A stretch of 57,608 nucleotides of DNA from Candidatus Woesearchaeota archaeon (lineage in GTDB: Archaea > Nanobdellota > Nanobdellia > SCGC-AAA011-G17 > GW2011-AR18), in contig JAGVZG010000005.1 of assembly GCA_018302765.1 (NCBI GenBank), forward strand, positions 1-57,608. The letters run 5' to 3'. This document shows, piece by piece, positions 29,886 through 37,900 of this stretch. Under the pieces are notes generated by a model. The model was not told the origin of the DNA. It worked only from the letters and a program-made list of their open reading frames with translations, and made no database searches. Position 1 is the first letter of the stretch. Every line of letters starts with the position of its first letter. The translations under genes and the position numbers were made by a program.

Positions 29886-30467
29886 ATGCATGAACATAAA
29901 CAACTTTGGTCTTATTGGAATAATGTAAATGAACTTATAAACGAGGAAATATATTCAATTCCAAAAGAAAAAAAAGCAAAAATTATTGAAGAATGGGAAA
30001 ACGGAATAGCTACACAAAATAAAGTAACAGAGGACCAAATTTTAGAAAATATAAAAACTATTCCAAAAATAGAAATCAATCCAACAGAATGGACTATGGA
30101 TAGATTAAAAGAGTGTATAGATAATTATGTAAAAAATAGGTTTCTTTCTTCTATTGCTTTAGCTGGAATGATTAATGAATATATCTCTATTTATCTTTTG
30201 GATGATTATACAAAAACAAATGATGGGCTTTTTTCCATAACAGAATATTTTGATCAATTAAAGGGTCAACAGAATAGAATAGAAACTCTAAGAAAATTAG
30301 ATATAATAACTGAATCTGAAAAAACAAATTTAAAAAATCTAAATGACATAAGAAACAAATATGTTCATGTAACTCAAATAAAATATGAAAATATAAGGGA
30401 AGATTGTTTAAAGGCTATAAAAATATTAATTGAATTTTTAGATAATCGTAAAATTTCTACTATATAA
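29886..30467 (+). CDS. HEPN-domain protein (putative RNase)
   Basis: All-helical; C-terminal RNKYVH (Rx4H). Confidence 0.6.
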   Translation: MHEHKQLWSYWNNVNELINEEIYSIPKEKKAKIIEEWENGIATQNKVTEDQILENIKTIPKIEINPTEWTMDRLKECIDNYVKNRFLSSIALAGMINEYISIYLLDDYTKTNDGLFSITEYFDQLKGQQNRIETLRKLDIITESEKTNLKNLNDIRNKYVHVTQIKYENIREDCLKAIKILIEFLDNRKISTI

Positions 30468-30469
30468 TT

Positions 30470-31366
30470 TTAAATACTTATAGCAATCGCTTCTCCAACA
30501 TTAACAATCTCAATAGCTCCAGATTTATTTAATACAAACTTAATAAGTAAATAGAAACTAAAATCAACTATTAAGAAACTAATTACATAAAATAATATTG
30601 CAAAGTTTTCAAATACAGGAGCATTAATCAGCATTGAACTTCCTAATATAACAATAGAACTAATAAATGAAATAAATATCAATAATATAAAGATATTTAT
30701 TATTAATTTTCCATAACTTTTAAGAAAAGGAACAAAATAAAGAAATATTCCTATGGGAAATAATATTACTCCAAAGCTTACTAAAAGCCATCTTATCCCA
30801 AACATTATAGCAGTCAATAATAAAACTATAATATAAGGAATAATTAAAATTAACTGCATTATTGCATTTCCAAAACTATCAGAAGCTGTTTTAAAGAAAT
30901 CCGGATTAATCTGATTAAAGATATAAGAAGTTAAGCTTGAATTAAATTCTATTAATAGATTATATAGATAATAACTGGCAGATACTATAATAATAGCTAT
31001 TATCATATTCTTTATTGATTCTTTAGCTTTATGTCTTTTAACTAAGTTATTAGAATCTGTAATGAATATTATTCCTGAATATAACAAGAAGGAAATATAG
31101 AAACTGCTTATTAAAGATATAATAGTTAACCATATTGGCTTGAATGTTTCTATATTTGGCTTTGCTGTCATTAAAGTTTCAACTAATTTTATTAGTGGCT
31201 GTGCTGCTAGGCCAGTTGAATAGGTGATTAAGTAGGCTGTATCTTTAAGACATTGAATTGGACTAAAGATTGAACAAGAAGAAGTTTGATTATTGTCTTC
31301 TGCGAAAACTATCGGCATAGCTAATAAGATTATTACAATTAATAGAATTAGTTTAGATCTTTTCAT
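30470..31366 (-). CDS. VirB6/TrbL-like polytopic membrane protein
   Basis: Signal peptide MKRSKLILL... plus about 7 hydrophobic segments; lies between the VirB4 and pilin genes. Confidence 0.6.
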   Translation of the reverse strand: MKRSKLILLIVIILLAMPIVFAEDNNQTSSCSIFSPIQCLKDTAYLITYSTGLAAQPLIKLVETLMTAKPNIETFKPIWLTIISLISSFYISFLLYSGIIFITDSNNLVKRHKAKESIKNMIIAIIIVSASYYLYNLLIEFNSSLTSYIFNQINPDFFKTASDSFGNAIMQLILIIPYIIVLLLTAIMFGIRWLLVSFGVILFPIGIFLYFVPFLKSYGKLIINIFILLIFISFISSIVILGSSMLINAPVFENFAILFYVISFLIVDFSFYLLIKFVLNKSGAIEIVNVGEAIAISI

Positions 31367-31426
31367 GAAAAGGAAAGAACTTCTTTTTTTAATAAAATTT
31401 AAAAATAGATTAATTATGCTTAATAT

Positions 31427-32122
31427 ATGAAAACACAAATATCCAATAGATTCCAAGAATTGATAAAAATTGGTGAAGGGCTCTATAAAGAAATGTTAAA
31501 ACCAACCTCATCTTTATCGGACTATGATATTTCCTTACGTATTAATAAAATACATTCTGAACTTGTAACTTGGGATTTAAGTTCAAAAAATATTCTTAGA
31601 AAAATATTTGGTGAATCATCTGAACACTTCATTTTATTTAAAAATACTCTTAATAGAGGCGGGCCATATTATGAAAATATAGGTCTTACCTATTCAAAAG
31701 AAAATGTAAATATTGGGTTGGGAATAATAAAAAGTGCTGCAGATGAGTTTAACCTTGGTTTTACACATAATATTACCCATATATTATCTGTGGAATTATT
31801 TGATACTGTTTTAGAACAGGCTAAAGAATTACTAAAAAAAGGTTTTAAAGATCCTGCAGCAATTTTAGGCAGAGTGATAATAGAAAATACACTAAAAGAC
31901 TTATGTAATAAAAATAAGATTATTTTAAATGGTAATGAAAAAATATCTGATTTTAATGAATTATTAAAAAATAGCAATATATTGACATTACCAAATTTTA
32001 AGTTGTGCCGAATTTATATTGAAACAGGCAATTTAGCTGCCCATGGCGATTTTAATAAATATAATAATGAAGATATAGGAAAAATGCTTGACTATATAGA
32101 AAACACATTAATTGTTATGTAA
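31427..32122 (+). CDS. DUF4145/HEPN-like protein
   Basis: AAILGRVIIENTLKDLC and GNLAAHG (RNxAAH-like, Arg replaced by Gly). Confidence 0.6.
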   Translation: MKTQISNRFQELIKIGEGLYKEMLKPTSSLSDYDISLRINKIHSELVTWDLSSKNILRKIFGESSEHFILFKNTLNRGGPYYENIGLTYSKENVNIGLGIIKSAADEFNLGFTHNITHILSVELFDTVLEQAKELLKKGFKDPAAILGRVIIENTLKDLCNKNKIILNGNEKISDFNELLKNSNILTLPNFKLCRIYIETGNLAAHGDFNKYNNEDIGKMLDYIENTLIVM

Positions 32123-32136
32123 CTTTAATTAGTCTA

Positions 32137-33339
32137 TTAAATATAATATTTAATAATCCTATAAATCAAATACAAAATAAATAATAAAACAAATAATTTA
32201 AGGAAATAAACTAAATCAAAACTAAAAGGAATAACTTCATATTTATCATTTTCTTCTTTGACTAAATTTAAATTACAACCAGAACTAAAATTAAAGAAGT
32301 GATTAAAACTATTTAATTTACAATTCAAGCTTTTAGAAAAATCTTGAGCAAAAGACGAACTAATAAAAATAGTATTATTTAATCCGCTAACTAAACCATA
32401 ATTTTTCTTAATATCCACTTTCTCAGCCTTCAAAACAGCAATATAAAATGGTTTTTTAATAAACTCTAAAGAATAAACATATCTTTGCTCTGAATAATAA
32501 CTATTATTAAAATTAATAGTCAAACTGTCAAAATCCTTAGCATTAAATTGTAATTTAGTAACATTATTGTAGTAATCAAGAACTTTAATATTAACTAAAG
32601 GCTTAATATTATAATATTTAACATTAATGCTGTCTTCTAAATTAACTTCATCTTTTAAGTAATCAGTACTAAAGTATTCACATCTGTATTCATATTTAAC
32701 ACATCTGCCGTTTTTCTTTGAAATGCAATATTGTTTCCAATGATAATGGTCTTGTTTAATACTGCTTTTAATGTTTAATTTATCAGTAATTATTGAATCT
32801 TCTTTAATATTAACAGGATTTAACTTTAAACTTCCTTGATTTTCATTATTTACTAAAACATTCAAAGTTGAAATATTTTCTATTAAAGTATGAATTGTCT
32901 TGCAGTCTCCATTTTTAATTTTTGGGTAGCCTTTTGAAATATAATCTTTAGGAACTTCTATAAAATAATCATATTCGCTTAATACAAAAGTGGTACTGGA
33001 AACAAATAAAGTATTATCTTCTAAAACTGAAGGCATTACTGTTAACAATGAAAGCCATCCATTCTTTATATAAGTAGAATTAATTATAGTTAAATTTTCT
33101 ATGCTTAAATTTACTTTTATTTTTGTATTGTAATTAAAGATGAATTCATGGTCTGGATAATTAGTTGAATTGTATAATAAACTTGAAAGTAATTGGTCTT
33201 TTTGATTTTCTGATATATTTGAATTAATTATTTGATTACATCTATTAATATTAGAAGTTAAATAACAATTAAAGGAAGCAAATGATAAAGGAATGACTGA
33301 AAGGAATAATACAACTACAATTAAATTTAGATATTTCAT
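32137..33339 (-). CDS. Secreted, C-terminally anchored beta-rich protein (T4SS-module associated)
   Basis: Signal peptide MKYLNLIVVVLF..., paired cysteines, C-terminal TM helix. Confidence 0.6.
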   Translation of the reverse strand: MKYLNLIVVVLFLSVIPLSFASFNCYLTSNINRCNQIINSNISENQKDQLLSSLLYNSTNYPDHEFIFNYNTKIKVNLSIENLTIINSTYIKNGWLSLLTVMPSVLEDNTLFVSSTTFVLSEYDYFIEVPKDYISKGYPKIKNGDCKTIHTLIENISTLNVLVNNENQGSLKLNPVNIKEDSIITDKLNIKSSIKQDHYHWKQYCISKKNGRCVKYEYRCEYFSTDYLKDEVNLEDSINVKYYNIKPLVNIKVLDYYNNVTKLQFNAKDFDSLTINFNNSYYSEQRYVYSLEFIKKPFYIAVLKAEKVDIKKNYGLVSGLNNTIFISSSFAQDFSKSLNCKLNSFNHFFNFSSGCNLNLVKEENDKYEVIPFSFDLVYFLKLFVLLFILYLIYRIIKYYI

Positions 33340-33379
33340 GACAAGAAAGTTTATATACAATATTAATAGAAATCCAAGA

Positions 33380-34069
33380 ATGAAGGGAAGACTAAATGGA
33401 TTATTGTATGTGATGGAAGAACATAAAGTAATTAATCATCCATTTTTAAAAGATTTTAGAGATGGAAAATTTACTAAGGAGCAAGTCAAATTCTGGGCTG
33501 AGCAACAATTTTTCTTTTCAGTTTCATTACCTAACTGTTTTGCAGCTTTATTTGCAAGGATCCCAGATAAAAATTGGAAAATTAAAAGAAGTTTAGTTGA
33601 CTTGCTGAAGCTTGAAGCTTGGGGTTCATCTGATGACGGAGCTCATAGCAATTATTTTAAAGAATTATGTAAATACTTAAAAGTAGACTTAGGAGATTTA
33701 TCTGACAAACAACCTAAAAGTTATACCTATGATTATATAAATGAAAGATTAAGGTATTGCCTTCAAGAGCCAATAGAAAATGGACTTGCAGTTATAGCAA
33801 TAGGTAATGAAAAAATAAATTTACATATTTTTAGTGCTTATCGTGAAGGTATTAATAAAGTAAAAGGACTTGAACATATTCCTACAGGATATTTTGATGC
33901 CCATTTGCAAGATGAAGACAATGATTTTCTTGTCTTTAGCAAATTATTTGATAGTATTGTTTATAATGAAAGACAGATGATTGGTGCTAGAGTAGCTTTA
34001 GAGTCCCTCCTAAATAAAAGAAAGATTTATTTTGATAAACTTTATTCTGATCTATTAAAAATAATATAA
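33380..34069 (+). CDS. TenA/PqqC/CADD-like heme-oxygenase-fold iron redox protein
   Basis: HPFL...FWAEQQFFF...LEAWG...GAH...NE...YFDAHLQD; start chosen about 25 nt after a TTTATATA box. Confidence 0.65.
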   Translation: MKGRLNGLLYVMEEHKVINHPFLKDFRDGKFTKEQVKFWAEQQFFFSVSLPNCFAALFARIPDKNWKIKRSLVDLLKLEAWGSSDDGAHSNYFKELCKYLKVDLGDLSDKQPKSYTYDYINERLRYCLQEPIENGLAVIAIGNEKINLHIFSAYREGINKVKGLEHIPTGYFDAHLQDEDNDFLVFSKLFDSIVYNERQMIGARVALESLLNKRKIYFDKLYSDLLKII

Positions 34070-34183
34070 TAGGCCTGTCTAGTCACCATACCTTCTCTAT
34101 TAAAAATAGATCAAGCGGTAAAGTCACACATTTAGCATCCTTTCAAGCTTTTAAAAAAAGCTTGGGCAAAAACGAATTAAGGA

Positions 34184-34519
34184 TTATACAGTCAAGTAAT
34201 TAACAGCAATAGGAGCTATCCAGATAACAATCAATCCAACTACAATATACATAATTTTAGATTTAGCCTTGTCTTTCTCCATTGGATTGTCATTAGTAAA
34301 CATACTAATGGCTGCAAATATTAAAAATAGCAAAGCCAATACTGAAGCTGAATACTTTACAAAATTATATACTTTCATTACAGGCTCAAGTATCTGATTA
34401 AACGCATTAATATCGTTCTGGGTTGGAGGAGTTATATCTACTGCATGGACTGAATATGCAAATGGAAGTATAACTAATAATAATCCTAAAAAGTATTCAA
34501 GTATCTTATTTATTTTCAT
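34184..34519 (-). CDS. TrbC/VirB2-like pilin
   Basis: Signal peptide plus two TM helices around a K-rich loop (NPMEKDKAKSKIMYIVVG); SD GGAGGTGA. Confidence 0.7.
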   Translation of the reverse strand: MKINKILEYFLGLLLVILPFAYSVHAVDITPPTQNDINAFNQILEPVMKVYNFVKYSASVLALLFLIFAAISMFTNDNPMEKDKAKSKIMYIVVGLIVIWIAPIAVNYLTV

Positions 34520-34523
34520 TGAT

Positions 34524-34628
34524 TCACCTCCAGTAAATCCATTTGTTAAATCTTATAGTCTTTTCTTTCAGTTTTCCGCCTGCTCCTTTCTTGCTTAATC
34601 TTACTTTCACATATATTTTTTGAATCAT
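34524..34628 (-). CDS. 34-aa basic peptide (not in the ORF track)
   Basis: MIQKIYVKVRLSKKGAGGKLKEKTIRFNKWIYWR; SD AGGAGG; its stop lies within the pilin SD. Confidence 0.5.
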   Translation of the reverse strand: MIQKIYVKVRLSKKGAGGKLKEKTIRFNKWIYWR

Positions 34629-34795
34629 TTTCTACCTCCTTGATGATACTGCTTGATTATCCATCTAACTTTTTCTATAGTCTTGTATTTCTCAATTAGA
34701 AATTCAAAGCATGGTTCGCATAGTCTTTCCCTATTCAGCGTAATTTCATAAGGTTCAATCCTTCTTTCACATAATTTGCATGTTTTTTGTTTCAT
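34625..34795 (-). CDS. 56-aa zinc-finger protein (not in the ORF track)
   Basis: MKQKTCKLC...RLCEPCFEF (two CxxC); ATGA overlap with the 34-aa ORF. Confidence 0.6.
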   Translation of the reverse strand: MKQKTCKLCERRIEPYEITLNRERLCEPCFEFLIEKYKTIEKVRWIIKQYHQGGRK

Positions 34796-34952
34796 GTAAT
34801 CTAAATTAGTCTAGAACTTTATATCACTTGTAATTGTTGAAACATTACAAGACTTTTATTCTAATTTTACTAATTTAATATTATGGAAAAACCAATCACA
34901 CCAAAAGAACTTTTGGAATTGTTGAAGGAATTAATATCAAAAGGAAATAAAG

Positions 34953-35153
34953 ATGACAAAACTGCTTAGAAATTTATATTGGGAGACAGTAATAGATAAT
35001 TTATTAGAGCAAGAAAAAATTAAATTAAAATTTAAAAGCAAATCAGAACTTTTAAGAAAAATTCTAAAGGAAAGATATGGTCTATGTTTAAATGATGATT
35101 GTTCAGCTATTTCTATTAACGATTTTTGTCAAAGGCATTATAAAAATAAATAG
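34953..35153 (+). CDS. Small RHH-like DNA-binding protein with Cys/His-rich tail
   Basis: KFKSKSELLRKILKERY followed by CLNDDC...FCQRH. Confidence 0.5.
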   Translation: MTKLLRNLYWETVIDNLLEQEKIKLKFKSKSELLRKILKERYGLCLNDDCSAISINDFCQRHYKNK

Positions 35154-35202
35154 GTTTTTATATAAGTTTTACTTCTAAAAATTAGATGTTTAAATCAACA
35201 TT

Positions 35203-35245
35203 TGTTCGGCTTTAAACCTAACTTCTTTCGCTGGGTCGCGGCGTT
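35203..35245 (+). repeat. attR: inverted arm (35203-35220) plus 13-bp core (35233-35245)
   Basis: TGTTCGGCTTTAAACCTA and GGGTCGCGGCGTT match the attL arm and core. Confidence 0.85.
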
Positions 35246-35340
35246 TTCATACTTTTTCCGCTGGAGAACAAAACGCTGATTTAAGCTTTCTCTAAGCATT
35301 TTATTATGTTTTAACGACTTTTGGACTTTTCCTGCAATTC

Positions 35341-35414
35341 ACCTACAGGTCGCCTTCCGGTCAGTTCGACGCCGGTTCGCTCAGTTTTTGTTAATGAACC
35401 GGCAATCTCTAGAG
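35341..35414. other. GC-rich hairpin cluster of unknown function
   Basis: ACCT/AGGT, GTCG/CGAC, GCCGGTTC (35371-35378)/GAACCGGC (35396-35403), palindrome CTCTAGAG. Confidence 0.4.
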
Positions 35415-35532
35415 GTAAATAGTTCTAAACATTTAAGAAACAATTTTATTTCTTATCTGACTTTCTAAAAAGAATTGAATTATCGCCCATTTATAGTTCT
35501 AATAAAGTTCACTTAAGCTTTTTTAGAACTTC

Positions 35533-35572
35533 ATAGTAACCATAAAGCTTATATAGTTTCATATGTTACTAT
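35533..35572. promoter_or_regulatory. Inverted-repeat operator straddling the TATA box of the MNT gene
   Basis: ATAGTAAC/GTTACTAT perfect 8-bp IR; 24-nt spacer containing CTTATATA. Confidence 0.5.
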
Positions 35573-35576
35573 AACT

Positions 35577-36164
35577 ATGAAATCAAAGAATCAAATGTTT
35601 AAAAGTACTAAAGTAGATGTACTTGAAAGAACTTATGATAAGTGTTTAGTGTGGTTTTATGCAAATCCCAGCAGGAGAATTGGTTTAACTGAACTTGCAA
35701 AATTAATTCAGTCTTCAAAAACAGCTACAAAACAAGTTGTTGAGGGTTTAATAAATGAGAATTTTTTACACAGAGAAATTGCGGGGAAGTCTTGGATAAT
35801 TTATTGTGATCCAAGGCATGTTTATTTAATAACAAGGAAGATGCCTTATCATTTAAGTAAAATATACCAATCAGGAGTTATAGAAGCTGTTCGTAAAGCT
35901 GTTCCTCAGGCAAGATCTATTATTCTTTTTGGTAGTTATAGAAATGGGACTGATATTGAGACAAGTGACATTGATATTGCTGTTGAAACTTTAGACAATA
36001 ACGATTTAGAAATTAGGCAACTTGGAATTATTGGAGAACTTGGCTACAGAAAAGACGTTGTTGTAAATATTCACATATTTTCTAGGAATAAAATAGATTT
36101 AAACCTCTTTGCAAATATTGCTAATGGTATAATCTTAGATGGTTTTCTTGAGGTAAGACCATGA
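35577..36164 (+). CDS. HTH-fused minimal nucleotidyltransferase (MNT antitoxin-like)
   Basis: N-terminal wHTH (IGLTELAKLI); LFGSY...SDIDIAV. Confidence 0.85.
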   Translation: MKSKNQMFKSTKVDVLERTYDKCLVWFYANPSRRIGLTELAKLIQSSKTATKQVVEGLINENFLHREIAGKSWIIYCDPRHVYLITRKMPYHLSKIYQSGVIEAVRKAVPQARSIILFGSYRNGTDIETSDIDIAVETLDNNDLEIRQLGIIGELGYRKDVVVNIHIFSRNKIDLNLFANIANGIILDGFLEVRP

Positions 36165-36562
36165 ATCAGAGAATTAAACATTCAGATAGAAAAAATGCAT
36201 TGAGTATACTTTTAGCTGCTGAAAGGGAGATGAATTATACTTTAAAATTACAGATTACTGATGAATCTGCATTTAATATTATTAGAAATGTTTACGAATG
36301 TTTTAGAATGCTTGGAGATGCAAGTCTTATTTCTAAAGGGGTTGTCTCACAAGACCATATAGAACAGATAAAAGAATTAGAAAAAATGCCTGTAAAAACT
36401 GAAAGGCCTATAGGAGTAATTGATAATATTAGAAAACTAAGGCACAATATAAATTATTATGGCTATATTCCTTCTAAGGCTGAAGCTGAAGATGCACTTT
36501 CAATTGCAAAAACTTGTTTTAATCCCTTAATAGATTTTTTAAAAAATAATGTTACAAAATAA
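36161..36562 (+). CDS. HEPN toxin-like partner of MNT
   Basis: ATGA overlap with MNT; helical; RHNINY (Rx4Y variant). Confidence 0.7.
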   Translation: MNQRIKHSDRKNALSILLAAEREMNYTLKLQITDESAFNIIRNVYECFRMLGDASLISKGVVSQDHIEQIKELEKMPVKTERPIGVIDNIRKLRHNINYYGYIPSKAEAEDALSIAKTCFNPLIDFLKNNVTK

Positions 36563-36594
36563 AATTATTTACTTTATTATAAGTTGATTATCTC

Positions 36595-36634
36595 GTTTCA
36601 ATCTTCTTAGCGGCGTTTTCATACTTGAACCGAG
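36595..36634 (+). repeat. Degenerate att-like site 2
   Basis: GTTTCAAT-CTTCTTA-GCGGCG-TTTTCATAC-TTGAACCGAG; the last 10 nt are the exact reverse complement of tRNA T-arm CTCGGTTCAA (11460-11469). Confidence 0.65.
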
Positions 36635-36719
36635 TTAACTCTATTTTGCCTTTATACCTGTGTAAAGTCTTAATTTTAGTAATATTTAATCAATAAGACT
36701 TCATATAAAATGTAGATAC

Positions 36720-37616
36720 CTATTTATACTGTTTTTTGTATTGAGATAATAAAAATCTAATTGTTGGATCAATATTTCCTGTTTTATCAAATATTCTAAG
36801 AATTTTATAATAACTTTTTCTGTCTTTTAATTGAATATTAATTGGAGGATAATTATTTGTAATTAATACAAAATTAAGTAGTAATCTGCCAACTCTTCCG
36901 TTTCCATCTTGAAAAGGATGAATTTCTTCAAATTTATTGTGTAATAATCCTGCTAATACTAATACTGGATATTTTTTATAGTGCTTATTATACCACTTAA
37001 TTAATTCTAATAATAATTTTTCTACATCTTTTGCTGGTGCTCCCTGATGAATTATATTGCCTAAACTATCACGAATGATAACTCTAACATTACGAAATTT
37101 TCCTGCAAAATGTTTTGTTCTATTAAAACATAAATAATGTAATTTTTTGATTAAATCTAAAGAAAGTTCTTTTTTATCAATAGATTTCAAATAATTAATT
37201 GCATTTGCTACTTCAATAGTTTCTATTTCGTCTTGATTTTTTGGATTTTCTTTTTTATCTATTAATGAATTTACTTCATTATACTTTACTGTAGATCCTT
37301 CTATTGCATTTGTATTATATGTAAACTGTTTTGTAAATTTATCCCAATCAATTTCAAAATGTTCAATATTTATATTTTTTTTAAGAACATTGTATTTTAA
37401 AACTTCTGTATCTGATAATTCAAAGTTATTTTCTTTCTTTTCTTTCATTTGTGATAAAATCAATTGTTCAGCTCTTTTTTTTAGTTCTTTTAGTTTATTT
37501 TCATTTAAATTTGAACCCAAATAACGAGAAATTCTTTTTACTTTATCTTGAACTCTGAATGTCTGTACTAAATAGTACTTCTTTTTTTTACCTTTTTTTC
37601 TTATTTCAATGAACAT
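36720..37616 (-). CDS. Fic-family protein (class II), paralogue of 9800-10732
   Basis: HPFQDGNGRVGR; TNAIEG; same N-terminal YYL...R...YLG domain. Confidence 0.9.
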   Translation of the reverse strand: MFIEIRKKGKKKKYYLVQTFRVQDKVKRISRYLGSNLNENKLKELKKRAEQLILSQMKEKKENNFELSDTEVLKYNVLKKNINIEHFEIDWDKFTKQFTYNTNAIEGSTVKYNEVNSLIDKKENPKNQDEIETIEVANAINYLKSIDKKELSLDLIKKLHYLCFNRTKHFAGKFRNVRVIIRDSLGNIIHQGAPAKDVEKLLLELIKWYNKHYKKYPVLVLAGLLHNKFEEIHPFQDGNGRVGRLLLNFVLITNNYPPINIQLKDRKSYYKILRIFDKTGNIDPTIRFLLSQYKKQYK

Positions 37617-37627
37617 ACTATGTTAAA

Positions 37628-37668
37628 GGTGTCTACATTTATATATTTTTGCATATCTAGTAGACACC
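37628..37668. promoter_or_regulatory. Inverted-repeat operator straddling the TATA box of the second Fic gene
   Basis: GGTGTCTAC/GTAGACACC perfect 9-bp IR with 23-nt spacer. Confidence 0.55.
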
Positions 37669-37689
37669 CCATTATTACATCTCAGAACC

Positions 37690-37720
37690 ATTCAGTTTTG
37701 CGGCGCCATTTTCTCTGAAT
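37690..37720 (+). repeat. att-like site 3: GCGGCGCCA (tRNA 3' end plus CCA) inside an ATTCAG/CTGAAT inverted repeat
   Basis: GCGGCGCCA at 37700-37708. Confidence 0.35.
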
Positions 37721-37900
37721 CAAGCTAGCTGCTTAACTTTTTTAAAACCATGTTGGATTTTTAGAACCAAATGGCAATAGATAAAGTATTTTGTATTAGT
37801 TTCAATATTCTTAGCGGCAATTTATTTAATTTATTATTTAATGGTAGTAACAAATGGAAAGATTTAAATATTCTTATATTTTATTAAATTTTGAAGTAAA

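Larger units (their letters stand above)
11474..35245. mobile_element. tRNA-Ser-integrated element (ICE/IME-like), about 23.8 kb
   Basis: Direct-repeat cores 23759 bp apart, inverted arms just inside both ends, integrase next to attL, T4SS-like and defence cargo. Confidence 0.85.
35238..36626. mobile_element. Integrase-less cassette 1 (MNT-HEPN), 1372 bp
   Basis: Exact 17-bp direct repeat GCGGCGTTTTCATACTT at 35238-35254 and 36610-36626. Confidence 0.6.
36595..37818. mobile_element. Integrase-less cassette 2 (Fic), 1204 bp
   Basis: 19/20 direct repeat GTTTCAAT(C/A)TTCTTAGCGGC at 36595-36614 and 37799-37818. Confidence 0.55.

Noticed and set aside
26735-34519. Provirus (pleolipovirus-like) reading of the ATPase and membrane genes
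   Set aside because: No replication initiator, capsid or spike recognised; PrgI, VirB4, VirB6 and VirB2 signatures fit a T4SS-like module better, though this is not formally excluded
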